This document shows, one piece after another, positions 49,200 to 63,781 of a stretch of 64,000 bases of DNA. Numbering within the stretch: position 1 is the stretch's first letter; each line of letters begins with the position of its first letter. A program made the position numbers and the translations under genes. The notes below the pieces were generated by a model. The model had not been told where the DNA came from. It made no database searches and saw only the letters and a list, made by a program, of their open reading frames with translations. Source of the stretch: the human T2T-CHM13v2.0 reference genome, Homo sapiens; contig CP068257.2 of assembly GCA_009914755.4 (NCBI GenBank), positions 35,488,001 through 35,552,000 on the forward strand, given 5' to 3'.

Positions 49200-50246
49200 G
49201 ATATAATCCATGTTTATTCTGTAGATTAAAGGTATCATTTTAATAAGGATATATGTATACTATTTAAAGTAGCAATTTTTATTTAAAGTTGTGAAATGAG
49301 TTCAAGCATGTTAATTAGTAAGGCTGTTACTACAGTCCTGAAGTAAAATGCACACTTACTTAAATAGTAAGTAAAGCAGTTTTCATTTCCTGGAATTTTA
49401 CTTCTCATAAAACGACTATTGGGTGGACTTACATCATGCACATATTTAACATAAGAGAGGTCAGTTTTTATGTTCAGCAAAAGATGAAGGGAGGAAAGAG
49501 AGGAAAGGAGGGAGGGAGAGAGAGAAATAATAGAGCACTAGTGAGATAAATTTAACATTTCAATAGTGAACACTGCCTGCCTGCATTCCCCTCACTGACC
49601 ACAAGCTCTGACGTGGATAGGGAACGGGAATGTGCTATTTTTTCATTGGGCTCTCATAAATCTTTTATTGTGTGAGTATTCTACATGGTCCCTTATTCTG
49701 GTGTTTAAAGATCCTAATTTTCCTGCAACATGATCTCTGCAAGCTAACTCTTTAATCCAGAAGCAAGCAGTCTAGGATAATTTTGACTCTGAGCAATCTC
49801 TGCTTCATTTGTTGACTTCATTTGTTGACTAAGGCCCTCGGAAGAAGTGACCGTTTTATATTAGAGGCATGATGGAGAAACTGGACAGAGCTCCTTTTTG
49901 CTGGCTGTTCATCAGGAGTGGGGCTTCACCGTCATTTCAGTAGGAGTCTGTATGAGATTGTAGTCACCTGTTTTCTAATTTGGAGAGTGGAGAATAAAAG
50001 TAGGCATACTGACCACCTTGATTTTTGTAGAGAGGGGTGAGGACCCACATTTTGGGGAATAAGGAATGTTATTTTAGGTGTTGGGGAATGGGTTTACCCA
50101 TTTCCTCTTTTAGACACATTTGGGAAGATTCTGCATATTGTTGATGTTTTATTACTATGGAATCCATATAAAGAATCATAAAATCTTGCTAGTTTATACT
50201 AATTGGAATGAAAGTCTTTATGAATTAGTGAAAACATTGTTTGGGT

Positions 50247-50544
<298 letters not shown>

Positions 50545-50862
50545 TCATTGTTATATTTTTAAAGGAATTTAATGCTATACTTTCATCTCCTAGGTCTAAT
50601 AAAGGTAACTATGATAGTAGAAGGCTTTGGCCCACATTATTCAAATCTAATAGACAAGAATTATTATAATTAGCCTAACAATGTTAAATGGTGTTTCTAA
50701 AATGCCCAATAGCTTGAACGAATCTGTTCTCAACTATTTAAATGTTTTTGCTGAGAATATAAGCAAACTATAATCAGCTGCTTTCAGAGATGTGAAACTA
50801 AATGTGATTTTACAGTAAATAATTTCCCTCCTCTTCTGATTTGGGTTTTGTTTTTATTACAG

Positions 50863-51114
50863 GCTTAGATGCCACAGGAACTTTCTTTTCTCGTTATGGA
50901 GCATCTCTTAAACTGCTTGATTTTAGTATCATGACTTTCCTCTGGAATGAGAAATATGGTCACAAACTAGACTCTATAGAAGGAAAGCAACTTGATTATT
51001 TCTCTGAGCCAGCATCATTGAAGGAAGCCCGTTGTTTAATATGGCTGCTAGAAGAACACAGAGACAAGTTCCCAGCATTGCATAGTGCTTTAGATGAATT
51101 CTTTGATATAATGG
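50863..51114 (+). CDS. TTC3: Coding exon, 252 nt; peptide (G)LDATGTFFSRYGASLKLLDFSIMTFLWNEKYGHKLDSIEGKQLDYFSEPASLKEARCLIWLLEEHRDKFPALHSALDEFFDIM(D)
   Basis: Acceptor tttattacAG at 50861-50862 and donor GTATGT at 51115. It matches ORF 50841..51200 internally. Confidence 0.85.
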
Positions 51115-53907
51115 GTATGTGGACTGAGTTTAGACTTATATTACATTTAATCTTAAGGGGGAAAAAATCTGTGAAGGACCTAGCTTGTTTAAATATATAA
51201 CAAAGAAAATAGTGAAAATTATTATGGTACAATCAGTTTATGTGGGGAAGTTAGTGATTAACAGTAGCAATTTTTTTATATCATGAAGCTTTTTTACTTT
51301 ATCAGTTAAAGAGATACTCAAATGTAGGTATGTTATGCTAACAATACACAATGTTCTTCCCGTCTTAGATATTTTCACAGCATCATGGGAAAGATTGCAT
51401 GTTACACTGACAGAATCTATTAGTAAGTGGTTTGATTTATAGCATTTTAGAAAACATTGGTCTGCAGAAGTAGGTGATGTTTGCAGAATCTAGAATGGAT
51501 AGCATTCTAGGATGTTTTAATGGGAAGAGCCTAGAACTGGGGGTCAGGAAAAGTAGGTTGTGGCACAGCTTCTTCCTTAGTTTGGTTCATTAAAAACCCT
51601 GTGGGCCCAGTGATGGGTGTTGAGAAGGAATTCAGAAATGCTTACACTTGTCTCTGCCCTTGAGGACCTTGTGTTCTAGAAAAGAGAATAAGAAGCATGC
51701 ACTAATAACAGTAACATGGTAGTAAACTCAATACGGGAGGGCCAGAGAAGGTGCCAAGGGCATCAAAGGAAGGACCCAACACTTTCTTTCTCCCTGGGAG
51801 AGAGGAAAGCTGTGGTGCAGGGGTAGAGTCTCAGATGGGCTGTGAACGTGAAAGTGGAATTAGAAAGCTGGGTGTCAGGGCTTATTTGGAATTGGGGACC
51901 CTATTTGGGTAATGGCATGGAGTCCAGCTTGAACTAACTAGCTAGCTAGCAGCTAATTCCTTCTTTTCTCTTAGATCTTAATTTCCTCACATTAAAATGA
52001 GATGATTTGGAGGCAGTGACATGTGTGGTCCTGTTTTACTTAAAAATTATAATATTCCTAGATTCTAAATGATAATTTCTTACCTTTCATACTATATGAA
52101 CATATTATGATAATCCCCAAGTCCCTCAGAATCAGAAGTCTCCTTTATGTGTTGTTAGGAGTTAGACTTTTAAATGTCATGCTGTTTGTTTTAAAGGGTA
52201 CATTAAAAGGTCTGGCCTTGTACGATGGTGTCACAGATGATAAAGTTCCAATGCATATAAGGAGTGGAAAGCTTACTTTTGACAACAAAAGTTCTTAGAA
52301 AAGAGCACACTCAAATACAGATGGCTTTATCTTTTCAGGATACTGCTTCATGACTGAAGGTGACATGCTACTTGATAGCCTGAATTTATTGCCATCAGTT
52401 TGCTGCTGCTGGTAATAAAATGCTGTCCCGGGACTGAGCTTACAAAACCTGATGCATGTTTGGATCACAAAACAAGACAACTAAAAAGGACACAATTCCC
52501 TCTCAGCATACACTCGTCCTTTAACTTGTGTTCTCTACATATAATACACAGCACTTCCAGCTGCCACTGTTTCTCTGTTTCTAGTCATGAGGTCAGAAGC
52601 CACTAACCAAATTATTGGCAATCCCAATGGATTCTCAAGTGCAGTAGCTCTGCCTTCCACCTTCACCCCAAACATTTTCAGTTTTATCTCTTCATTTAAA
52701 AGAATAGTTATATTTCTTAAAACTTTTCAAAATCTACTGATCTTGTAGATCAGAGTGTTTGACAATGTCATGAGTGCTTTGATAATTGAGAGCCCCGACT
52801 TTTTCCCTGACCTCTTCATGCATGATCCCCTAGGGTATTTCTGTGAGACAGCCAAATAGCCCCTTAAAGCAGTATGACTGAACCCACCTATCACATCTTC
52901 AGAGATCTGTTTTTCCTCAATTTATCTCAGTCAATAATATTGTATATCTAGTATTTAAACAGGAAACTCTGTAATTAGTCTCAATTCTTTCTTTTCAGTA
53001 TTAAGAGTATAACTTGTTTGTCATCAATCCAAATGAGCTTTGTCCTTGATCTGTCCTTTGCTGTCCACCCCACTTCCCGAGGCCAAGACCTTAGTTGTCT
53101 TTCCACAGTTAGACCACTATAGTAGCCTCCAAACTGGACTCCATGCCTCTAGAATCTCCCACTTTTCCGTCTTCCTCTTATATTGCAGCTAGTGACTCTT
53201 CTAGAACATCTGTCTAACATTCTGTTAACTATTCAATTTGGGAAACATTTGTTTAGTTTTACTTGCAGATTAAGTTCACATCATCTGGGGTCTGGGTTCA
53301 TCATCATCCTCTCTCTCTGAGCACACACCCCACTACTGACTGTGCCCAAACCTGCCTTGTGCTTTCCTGCCTCCTGTCTTTACTCACGTAGTTCCCCCAG
53401 CCATGCCCCACCCCTTTGCTTGTTCATTTCAAGAGTAACTTAAATGTCCCCTCTTCCTCAGAGTCTTCTTTGCCCCTCCTGTGGGCCTCTCCCTTGCAGA
53501 CTTCAGACTTGAGTCCTTCGTGAGCTTTGTTGCCTTGTGTTTCACGTGGTCCTTAGCACGCTGGGTTACAGGAGTTTGTCTGTTTGTCTTTCTGGCAGTA
53601 GAACAGGAGTTCATCAATGGTAGGGACTGTCTTGTGCATCTCTATTCCCAGGACTAGCATAGATGGTACCTAGAAGGCACTCAACATTATGCTGAATCAG
53701 ATTGAAGTTTTATGGTTCTTTGTAGTTGGTTTCCCGTTTAGTCAGCCATTTTGCCCTTGGTTTCTAAACCACACTTGTGTCAAAGCCAAATAAGGAATAG
53801 AACATGGCCTATGCCAGTAGTATGAGGAGTTATTTTAAGGCTTTAGTGTACTATATGGAAATGTAAATATTTAGTTTTCTCACAAAACCATCTGTATATT
53901 CCTACAG

Positions 53908-53954
53908 ACAGCCGCTGTACTGTGTTAAGGAAACAAGATAGTGGTGAAGCACCG
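53908..53954 (+). CDS. TTC3: Coding exon, 47 nt; peptide (D)SRCTVLRKQDSGEAP
   Basis: Acceptor ttcctacAG at 53906-53907 and donor GTAAGT at 53955. The phase closes the split codon left open by exon 50863..51114. Confidence 0.7.
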
Positions 53955-55013
53955 GTAAGTTACTTGATCACTTGAAATCTTACGTTCTAATCTATGTTAA
54001 ACCAAGGATGAGAAGGGGACCCAGGCCAGTGTTTATTGACATCACAGCCAGCATTCAAGAACCACATTAAAAGGACGTCTGGGTAGTACGTACTATTATT
54101 TCATTAGAAAGTCACTGCCAGTTTTCCTCTCGGAATTGGAGCAATAATCAGCAAACTATGAGGCTTAAATTAGACAATTTCTATAAAGTTTCAGAGCTGA
54201 TAAACATTAATATTCTAATTAAGAAAGGAAGAGTTCTTCATCTCCTGGCATAAAAATGAAAAGTTGTCTTTAATAACTAAACTTCTAATGTTCTGCTCTA
54301 GAAGGAAAACAAAGGGACTTTGTTTTGAGTGGCTCTAAATTACGTTTAAGTTAAAACAGTTCCAGAGTTGTCTTCCTTAGTAGTTTGCAGTTGCCTTTTA
54401 TTCATTCTTCAGAAATTCTTCAGTTTAGGAAAGTGAGTAAATAGAGAAAAGCACAACATTGTGGCAGTTTTCAAAGAGAAAAATGCCTGTTTACTGATTT
54501 TCAGGAGCAAATCATCTATCTATATGAAATTTTGTCTTAATCTGCTCCATCAAATATTGCCCAGCTAAGCAGGGAAACACAGCTGAAATACTCCATAAGG
54601 AGCTGAAGGCTTCTTTATTCACTGTTTGTGCCCCAGTGTCTGGTCAGGTGCAGAATGTCTAGTTTGGCTTAGTAAAAGAAATATATTAATAATAAAAATA
54701 CTATTATGGCATCTAACTGGAATTACTTAAAAGTCTGATTAATTACTTGAAATAACAGTCCAACCCTGTGGAAAATAAGATAAAAATGTTGGAACAACTT
54801 AATTTTAGTTATAACATTAGGTATTATTAAATTTTGTTTGTTTTCTATTATAAATCGTAGCACTTGGGCTGATACACTGTAGTGTTATTTTTGTTAAACA
54901 TTTTATGTACATTTAACTTATGGCTAGTCTGTAAAAACTCATATGGTTTCTTTATGTTGAGCTTCATAATGCTGTTATTTGAGTGTTCACTGATTTTTCC
55001 CCCCATTTTTTAG

Positions 55014-55070
55014 TTTAGTTCAACCAAGGTGAAAAACAAAAGCAAGAAAAAGAAGCCAAAGGATTCAAAG
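55014..55070 (+). CDS. TTC3: Coding exon, lysine-rich and NLS-like; peptide FSSTKVKNKSKKKKPKDSK
   Basis: Acceptor ttttttAG at 55012-55013 and donor GTATGG at 55071. A second AG 5 nt downstream would shift the frame into a stop, so the first AG is used. Confidence 0.75.
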
Positions 55071-55476
55071 GTATGGAGTATTTTCTGTATTAATTCTTGT
55101 CTAAACTCTCCAAAATAGTTAGTTGGACATATACATTAGAATTGAGCAATTCTTGGGATATTTTGAAACATTTGTAGAGAAAGACTTTCTAGGACTTAAA
55201 GATGTTTTGGCAGTCTTCTACATTTTGAAGAAATTCCAGGTTCATATTATATAATAGCAAGTCTTGACACTCGTATTCTTTATTGTCTTTTTTATTTTTC
55301 TAGGTATTTCTGAGTAAAAAAAAAAAATTGTCATAATGTCCCAAAAAATAAATAAGTCTCAAAAAATAGATAACATATTTAAACTAAAAATGATGAATAC
55401 TAATCATTATGACAGTCCCAGGATTGATAGAATCCCTTCCTTCCTCTCACCAAAGGCTCTCCTCCAAGCCCATTAG

Positions 55477-55785
<309 letters not shown>

Positions 55786-56201
55786 TAAGTCTTTGGTGGG
55801 TTCTTCATGGCTCTTGTGTGTATGTGGGGAGCAGAAAGGGGGATGGAGTGAGAGAGAGTAGCAAATCTTCAAAGGATGAGAACAGTTAAGGAGTTCCAAT
55901 ACAACTTTTATTTTTATCTTTGACTATGTATTTAGTTTAGATAAAATGGGAGTTTAAACTGAGTAACATTTAAATTTTTTTGGAGCATTGGAAACTATCC
56001 TAAATGTTAATTTGAGCTTATTTTTGGCTGTTGAAACTTTTATTACTATGTGTTCCTGTTTATAAGAAAATTTGGATAGATCTTATATATCAGCAATTTG
56101 TATGTGTGTTTATATAAGTATTCATCAATTTTAATGATTTTTTTTCTTTAATGGAATTTTAAGGTAGAAAATCATTGTCATTTTTCTGTCTTTTAAACCA
56201 G

Positions 56202-56275
56202 CCTATGTTAGTTGGGTCTGGAACAACTTCAGTAACTTCAAATAATGAGATCATCACTTCAAGTGAAGACCATAG
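56202..56275 (+). CDS. TTC3: Coding exon; peptide PMLVGSGTTSVTSNNEIITSSEDH(S)
   Basis: Acceptor ttaaaccAG at 56200-56201 and donor GTAAGT at 56276. Confidence 0.8.
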
Positions 56276-56934
56276 GTAAGTATAATTTTTAAATTTTTGC
56301 TTCATTTTAACTCAAATGTCTTTACTTAATAAGTTGTGTTAATTTAATATATATAAACTTGTGTTTTATTTCCCTAACTTTCCTTTCTAAAGCTGTGCAT
56401 CTGACAACCTGATGTAATTCCATCTTGATTACATTTATATAGTGTGGCTAGAAGGCATTAAGAATTCATTCAAACTGTGTTAAAGTCACGACACTGGTGA
56501 CATTCATTCACTAAGTACATATTGAGAACCTACCATGTGCAAGGCTCTGTGGGAAAATCATAGAAAAATGTCTAGAAATTATTCTTTAAAATAGTCAATA
56601 AAGAGAATGTCCTGTTAATACTTACTAGCATTTTTGCTGTAAGAGAGGAAGCTGTTTTGGGAGCTGTATATGATGTTATGTTTTCACCTTATATATTAGT
56701 GATTTTCAATGCCATCTGGTTGTCAAAACTGAGTTTTCAATAAACAAATATTTAAGAAATAAAACTAGTGAGTAGCAGTAACCTTTTTATATCATACTCC
56801 TTTATGAACCAAAAATGTACAACATGGTTTTTTTTTTCTCATTTCTTAAAGGAGCTATCAGAGCAGTTAAAAATTTACGTGGTCATTTTCATGGATTCCT
56901 TAAGTAGGGTAATTGTTTTAAGTTAAAATAATAG

Positions 56935-57292
56935 CCTGTCTTAGTCAGTTTGGGCTGCTATAACAATATACCATAAACTGGGAGGCTTACACACAGAAAT
57001 TTATTTCTCACAGTTCTGGAGGCTGGGAAGTCCAAGATCAAGGTACTGGCAGATTCAGTGTTTGGTGAGGGCCTGCTTTCTGGTTCATAGATGGTGCCTT
57101 CTTGCTGTGTTTTCTCATGGTGGAAGGGACAAGGCAACTCTCTGGGGCCTCTTTTATAAGGGCACTAAGTCCATTCATGGGGGTAGAGCCTAATTACCTC
57201 CCAAAGAATCCACATCCTAACACCATCACATTGGTGATTAGGTTTCAACATATGAGTTTTGCAGAAACACAAACATTCAGACCATAGCATAG
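56935..57292 (-). mobile_element. ERVL-MaLR-type LTR (MST/MLT-like), second copy of the family seen at 20830..21525; orientation inferred
   Basis: cctgtcttagtcagtttgggctgctataacaatataccataaactgggaggcttacacacagaaatttatttctcacagttctggaggctgggaagtccaagatcaagg ... ttataagggcactaagtccattcatggggg ... ttcaacatatgagttttgcagaaacacaaacattcagaccatagca. Confidence 0.55.
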
Positions 57293-57550
57293 CCTTTACT
57301 GAGATTAATTCTTATGTATCAGACATTGTTTTGGGGGTTTACATACATAAACTCTTTCAATCCACTTATCCTGCCTAGGAGGTAAGTGCTATTATATTCT
57401 GTCCAATGTACAGATAAGGAAACTCTGAGGCACAGTGCAGAGCGACTTGCCCAAGAACACAAAGCTTATAAATAGCAGAGCTGGGATTTAAGTCATGCAG
57501 CCTGGTTTTAGAGTCCACACTCAAACTACTACATCTTTTTAGAGTGCTAA

Positions 57551-57859
<309 letters not shown>

Positions 57860-58261
57860 TTAAAAAAAACCTTTTATTAATACCATTTACCAGTCTCAGT
57901 CTCACTTTAAGTTAATTTATAGCAGTTATAATACAATCTTCATTTGTCTTTCAGTCATTTAACAAGTTATAATTAATGCAACTTTTTTTAAAAATATGGA
58001 GTTTTAAGAATTTTGCTCTTTGGAGCAAGACTAAATAATTGAAAGTGCTTACTTAGATTGTCAGATATGATATTTCTCGCCTATAACTGTGGAAGGGTAA
58101 CTTTTCTACACTAAGTTCCCTGGTGCTATTTTTTTGCAACATAGAGCTGAGTAATATATTGCCATTATTGTGTTTATTTCAATTAGACATTCTTCTGGTT
58201 AAATAATAAACCAAAGGTCTATCATCCACAAAATTGGGTGTTTTTTGTTGTTATTTACCAG

Positions 58262-58426
58262 CAATCGAAATTCAGATTCTGCAGGCCCATTTGCAGTGCC
58301 TGACCATCTTCGGCAAGATGTAGAAGAATTCGAAGCTCTCTATGACCAACACAGTAACGAATATGTTGTCCGCAATAAGAAGCTATGGGACATGAACCCA
58401 AAACAAAAATGTTCAACTCTATATGA
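58262..58426 (+). CDS. TTC3: Coding exon; peptide (S)NRNSDSAGPFAVPDHLRQDVEEFEALYDQHSNEYVVRNKKLWDMNPKQKCSTLY(D)
   Basis: Acceptor tatttaccAG at 58260-58261 and consensus donor GTAAGT at 58427. It matches ORF 58245..58430. Confidence 0.85.
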
Positions 58427-58544
58427 GTAAGTGGGTTGAAATTTTTACAACCATTATTTTATACTAAGGCTGCCAATTAAAGATCAGAAGTTGTTTAATT
58501 TGTGCCTGTTTTTAGAGATTTTGCCACATTTTACACAAAGTTAA

Positions 58545-58850
<306 letters not shown>

Positions 58851-59761
58851 TGAGGATTTTTAATTATTAAATTTAGAGTCCTAATGATTATTGATTTTGT
58901 CAGTTTGAGCTACTAAGTCGATACTGAGTGGGGTGGATAAAACAAGTAAAAAATTCAGGAAAATCTCAGATAGCTTACCATTTTGAGCTTTGTGTTATTA
59001 GATAGTGCATGAGGCCTTCCTTTTAAGAAAATAAATCAAGGGCTGAGGTCTGTAATAGAGTATTAATTTAAAAGCCAACTCTTCTCCTGGAAGTCCTGTC
59101 AGTAGCATATCCACCATATGGCCCTTTCTTCTGTTTTCCTGTATTGCATCATTCCTATTTAGTTCTGTGCTCTTAGATCCTTCTTCATGGTTTTTCTTTA
59201 GAGTTGAAATGCTGAGCAAATCATATTTCCAGAGAACTCTTGGGTGACAGTGTGGAAACAACTGTAAAATTATACTATTATTTCTTAAAGTATGCTAGAA
59301 TTTGCTTCAGGCATCCAAAAGTAAAGCTAAAGTATGTAGTTTTCAGTATTTACTGTACGCAAATTCAAATAGGATTTGTTTTTGAGATTTGATTTTCTCT
59401 TTTTATTTAAAATTCTTATTGGCATTATTATCTTTCCTGAATAAATTTTTTGTTGTTGTTTTTAGAATAAATTATGTAATTACATAGTTGAAAGTTATGA
59501 AATAACTTTTTGATTTCCTTTTGCTTTCCCCTGCTCCCAGAAAAGTTTTAAATGATCATTTTCTAGGAGGTAGACAAAATTTTCTTTATAGTATCATTGA
59601 TTGCAGTTAACCTTATGTTTGTTATATTTGTTGTTGAGGAAAGGTTGAGATCAGTGAAAAGTGAAACAGTGTTTTCCTTTGGGAGAATAAAAGTTTTTTT
59701 CAAATAGACATATTCAAGTACTTCCTTATAGTAACTCATGTAAATGTAAATTTTTTCCAAG

Positions 59762-60827
59762 TTACTTCTCTCAGTTTTTGGAGGAACATGGTCCCTTGGA
59801 CATGAGTAACAAGATGTTCTCTGCAGAATATGAGTTTTTCCCAGAAGAAACTCGACAGATACTAGAAAAAGCAGGAGGTTTAAAACCTTTTCTCTTGGGA
59901 TGCCCTCGTTTTGTTGTGATTGACAACTGTATTGCACTGAAGAAGGTTGCATCACGGCTCAAGAAAAAAAGGAAGAAGAAAAACATTAAAACAAAAGTAG
60001 AAGAAATTTCAAAAGCAGGGGAGTATGTACGAGTTAAACTACAACTGAATCCAGCTGCTAGGGAATTTAAACCAGATGTAAAGTCTAAACCAGTGTCAGA
60101 TTCATCTTCAGCACCAGCTTTTGAAAATGTGAAACCCAAACCTGTGTCTGCAAATTCTCCCAAGCCAGCTTGTGAAGATGTGAAGGCCAAACCAGTATCC
60201 GACAATTCTTCTAGACAAGTTTCTGAGGATGGGCAACCCAAAGGGGTCTCTTCTAATTCTCCTAAACCAGGCTCTGAGGATGCAAATTACAAGCGAGTCT
60301 CCTGTAATTCCCCCAAACCGGTTCTTGAGGATGTGAAACCAACTTATTGGGCTCAATCCCATTTGGTCACAGGATACTGTACGTATCTTCCTTTCCAGAG
60401 ATTTGATATCACCCAGACACCGCCAGCATACATAAACGTGTTACCAGGTTTGCCCCAGTACACCAGCATATATACACCCTTGGCCAGCCTTTCTCCTGAA
60501 TATCAGCTACCAAGATCAGTACCAGTGGTGCCGTCTTTTGTAGCCAATGACAGAGCAGATAAAAATGCTGCTGCCTATTTTGAGGGTCATCATTTGAATG
60601 CTGAGAATGTTGCTGGTCACCAGATTGCCTCTGAAACACAGATCCTTGAGGGCTCTTTGGGAATATCTGTAAAGTCACACTGCAGCACAGGTGATGCTCA
60701 TACAGTCCTGAGTGAGTCTAACAGAAATGATGAGCACTGTGGAAATTCTAACAACAAATGTGAAGTAATTCCAGAAAGCACCAGTGCAGTAACAAACATT
60801 CCACACGTGCAGATGGTTGCCATACAG
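59762..60827 (+). CDS. TTC3: Large coding exon, 1,066 nt; (D)YFSQFLEEHGPLDMSNK ... poly-K tract ... 5 x 17-aa tandem repeat ... HVQMVAIQ
   Basis: Acceptor ttttttccaAG at 59760-59761. Only this AG restores the frame after the GA left by the previous exon. Donor GTAAGA at 60828. The 354-aa ORF 59778..60842 covers the exon. Confidence 0.85.
60087..60341 (+). repeat. TTC3: In-frame coding tandem repeat of 5 x 51 nt (17 aa each): KPVSDSSSAPAFENVKP / KPVSANSPKPACEDVKA / KPVSDNSSRQVSEDGQP / KGVSSNSPKPGSEDANY / KRVSCNSPKPVLEDVKP
   Basis: The periodicity is visible in both the DNA and the translated exon 59762..60827. Conserved positions are K-x-VS-x-NS and ED. Confidence 0.85.
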
Positions 60828-61768
60828 GTAAGAGTTAAATAGAAAAGTCTTCTTAATACTGAAGTTAAATTTTCCTTTTCATTTTTCATTGCCGTTATAT
60901 TTGCAAGAATCCTTAAAGTTGATTGACTTTATAATGATTACTGAAGCTTTTGCCTGAAAATACTTTTAAAATATGAACTCTTTTGTGAGGCATGACAGGT
61001 AATCTTCTCAGAAAGAAGCTTGGGTCCAGTAAACAATACCCATCTTTGCTACTGAAATTCTACACAGATTGAGAAATAAGACAGCAGGTGGAGCCAAAAC
61101 GTCATCCTAAGAATTAATAAAGGTGCTGGAGGAGAAGGTGGCTGTTTGTAGGAAAGTTCAAGTGCTAGCTGGAAGTGTAGCCTGCATCACAGTGCCTTAC
61201 CTGCCAGTTACAGGAGGGCCCACCTGGAGGCCTTCCAGCGTGGGGTGCCTGCCCCATAGGACTTAGCGCATGAAGGAGGAAGGGAAAATGTGCTGGCAGC
61301 TCCTCAGAAAGAGAAGGAAAAAGGAAGACTCTGACCTACACAGGCCCAGCTTCTCCTGTCAAACCAGGGGAGGAATGAGAATGTTAAAAAGAGACAGCCA
61401 GGTAGAAACAAGAGGGATGTGTATGAGTTCTTTCCTAACAAGGAAGAGATGAAATCAAGATTCTCCTATGGTTGCCTTTATAGGGTATGAATTCATTAAA
61501 TCCTTATTGAATTGCCCCACTCATTATGTTTTCTAGGAAGCTTTGAAAAAAATAGGTTAAGAGCAATGGATCATAATCATTTTCAGTTATACTAATTCTA
61601 AATAACTTTCCTAATATACATGTTTACGGAAAGCATGGAACATGATCTAAATGGGAAAAAAAAACTTGAAAAAATTGTGGGTGTGTTTTAAAGTGTTACT
61701 ACTTGATGGGCTTATTTTACTAGAGCGATTGAGATAAAGTGAATTTTAATTTTTTGTTTTGCCCACAG

Positions 61769-61834
61769 GTATCTTGGAACATAATACACCAAGAAGTCAA
61801 TACTGAGCCATATAATCCTTTTGAGGAACGACAA
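61769..61834 (+). CDS. TTC3: Coding exon; peptide VSWNIIHQEVNTEPYNPFEERQ
   Basis: Acceptor ttgcccacAG at 61767-61768 and donor GTGAGT at 61835. Phase 0 at both ends. Confidence 0.8.
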
Positions 61835-63500
61835 GTGAGTCAAAATTACATTAAACTGTTTAAAGGTTTAGTTTTCATTAATTTATCTAGATGGAATGAT
61901 GAACTAGAACTATTTTGGAGTCAGCTTATTCCACACAAAGTTATCATGGAATAAGCTTGAGAACATAACAAAAAAATGATTTTGTTTTTATTGTTGAAAT
62001 TTGAGAAGGGAAGGAAAAGGTAATTTTTTTCCAGCATACTTATTTCAAATTATAACAGCGTTATTGTTTTATTTTATTATTTTTAAAATTTTATTTATTT
62101 TTATTTTAATTATTTTTGAGACACGGTCTCACTGTCATCCAGGCTGGCCAGCTTTATTGTTTTAACTGGTATAATGAGCATATAATAATTTATAAGTAAG
62201 CTTATTCATGCGAATAATACAGAAAGATAAAGACCTTCTCTACTATAATAATGATTCAATTAGAAAACCTACTAATATAATTTAGTTCGTTAATATGCAT
62301 CATAAGAGAAAAGTTGTCTTATCAACTCAAAGTTGCTGTAAAGGTATTGGATAAAATTCAGGTCACTGTCTTGACCAAAACTAGTAAGAAAATGGGAATT
62401 GATGAATATTTCTCAACATGCTAATATTTTAAGCCAAAAGCCATCATCTTGCTTAATGGTAAAACATCACCATTAATATTTATTGTTATCCTGGGTATAT
62501 TAACTGAGAAAGCAGATATGAGAAAGAAAGAAGATAGAAAAGAGGAGATGTGAGTATCATTATTTACAGAGGCTAGGGCTGTGTACCAGGAAAATCCAAA
62601 ATGATCAACTGAAAACCTACACTAACCTATATAAACCTATACTTGTATATAAAAATATATATAAACAATTACCTGTTAGAAAGTATGTTGAAAGAAAATA
62701 TTTTCAATACCAAAAAAGAGATAAAATACTTAAATGTATATAAAGAAAAATTTTTAAATGCTATGGAGAGACACATAGAAGCCTTAAATGAAAAGATATT
62801 TCATGTACTTGGATAAGAACACATATTATGATAATGAGATTGGTTCTCCCTAAAGCTTTTTAAAATTTAACACAATCCCAGTATATACATGAACAGGGCA
62901 AATTAGTTATGTATATTGCTGTATATATAACAAACAACCTCAAAGCTAGTGGCTTAAAACAGTAAATATTTCACAATTGTGAAATCTCACAATTTCGCTA
63001 AGTCAGGAATTCAGGAGCAGTTTAGTTGGATGCTTCTGGAGATTCTCATGTAGCTAGCCAAGATGTTGACCAGGGCTTGGTCATCTGCGGGAGTAACTGG
63101 GGCCAGAGGTTCTACTTCCAAGATAGCTCACTCACATGGCTGGCAAGCGGATGTTGGCAGTTGTCAGGAAGCTTCAGTTCCTTGCCTTGTGGACCTCCAC
63201 CTAGCCCTGCTTGACCTCATGGGGCTGGCTTTTCCCAGAGTGTGTGATCCCAGGCAGAAGCGGCAGTGCTTTAGGAAGTCACAAATTATCACTTCTGCTG
63301 CATTCTCTTGGTCACATAGATCAATCCACCAACCCTGATACATGGTAGGAGAGGTCTATACAAGGCTGTGACTAACAAGAGGCCTGGTTACTGCACAGGA
63401 TTAATTTGAAACTAGACAAATTGATTTTAAACTTCATATGTAAAAATGAACATCAAGAATGGGTATGGAAGAGAAACTAAGAAAAGGAGTTGTGCAACTA

Positions 63501-63762
<262 letters not shown>

Positions 63763-63781
63763 TCAATCAAGATGGTAGATT

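Noticed and set aside
52326-52346. A candidate 21-nt micro-exon (ttatcttttcAG|GATACTGCTTCATGACTGAAG|gtgaca) that would be in frame between exons 50863..51114 and 53908..53954, inserting GYCFMTE
   Set aside because: It is very short, its donor is weak (GTGACA), and the frame match could be chance. I cannot support it without junction reads.
59771-60241. A minus-strand 156-aa ORF antisense to the large coding exon
   Set aside because: It is the complement of a low-complexity, K/P/S-rich coding region. The antisense ORF is expected by chance and has no splice or start context.
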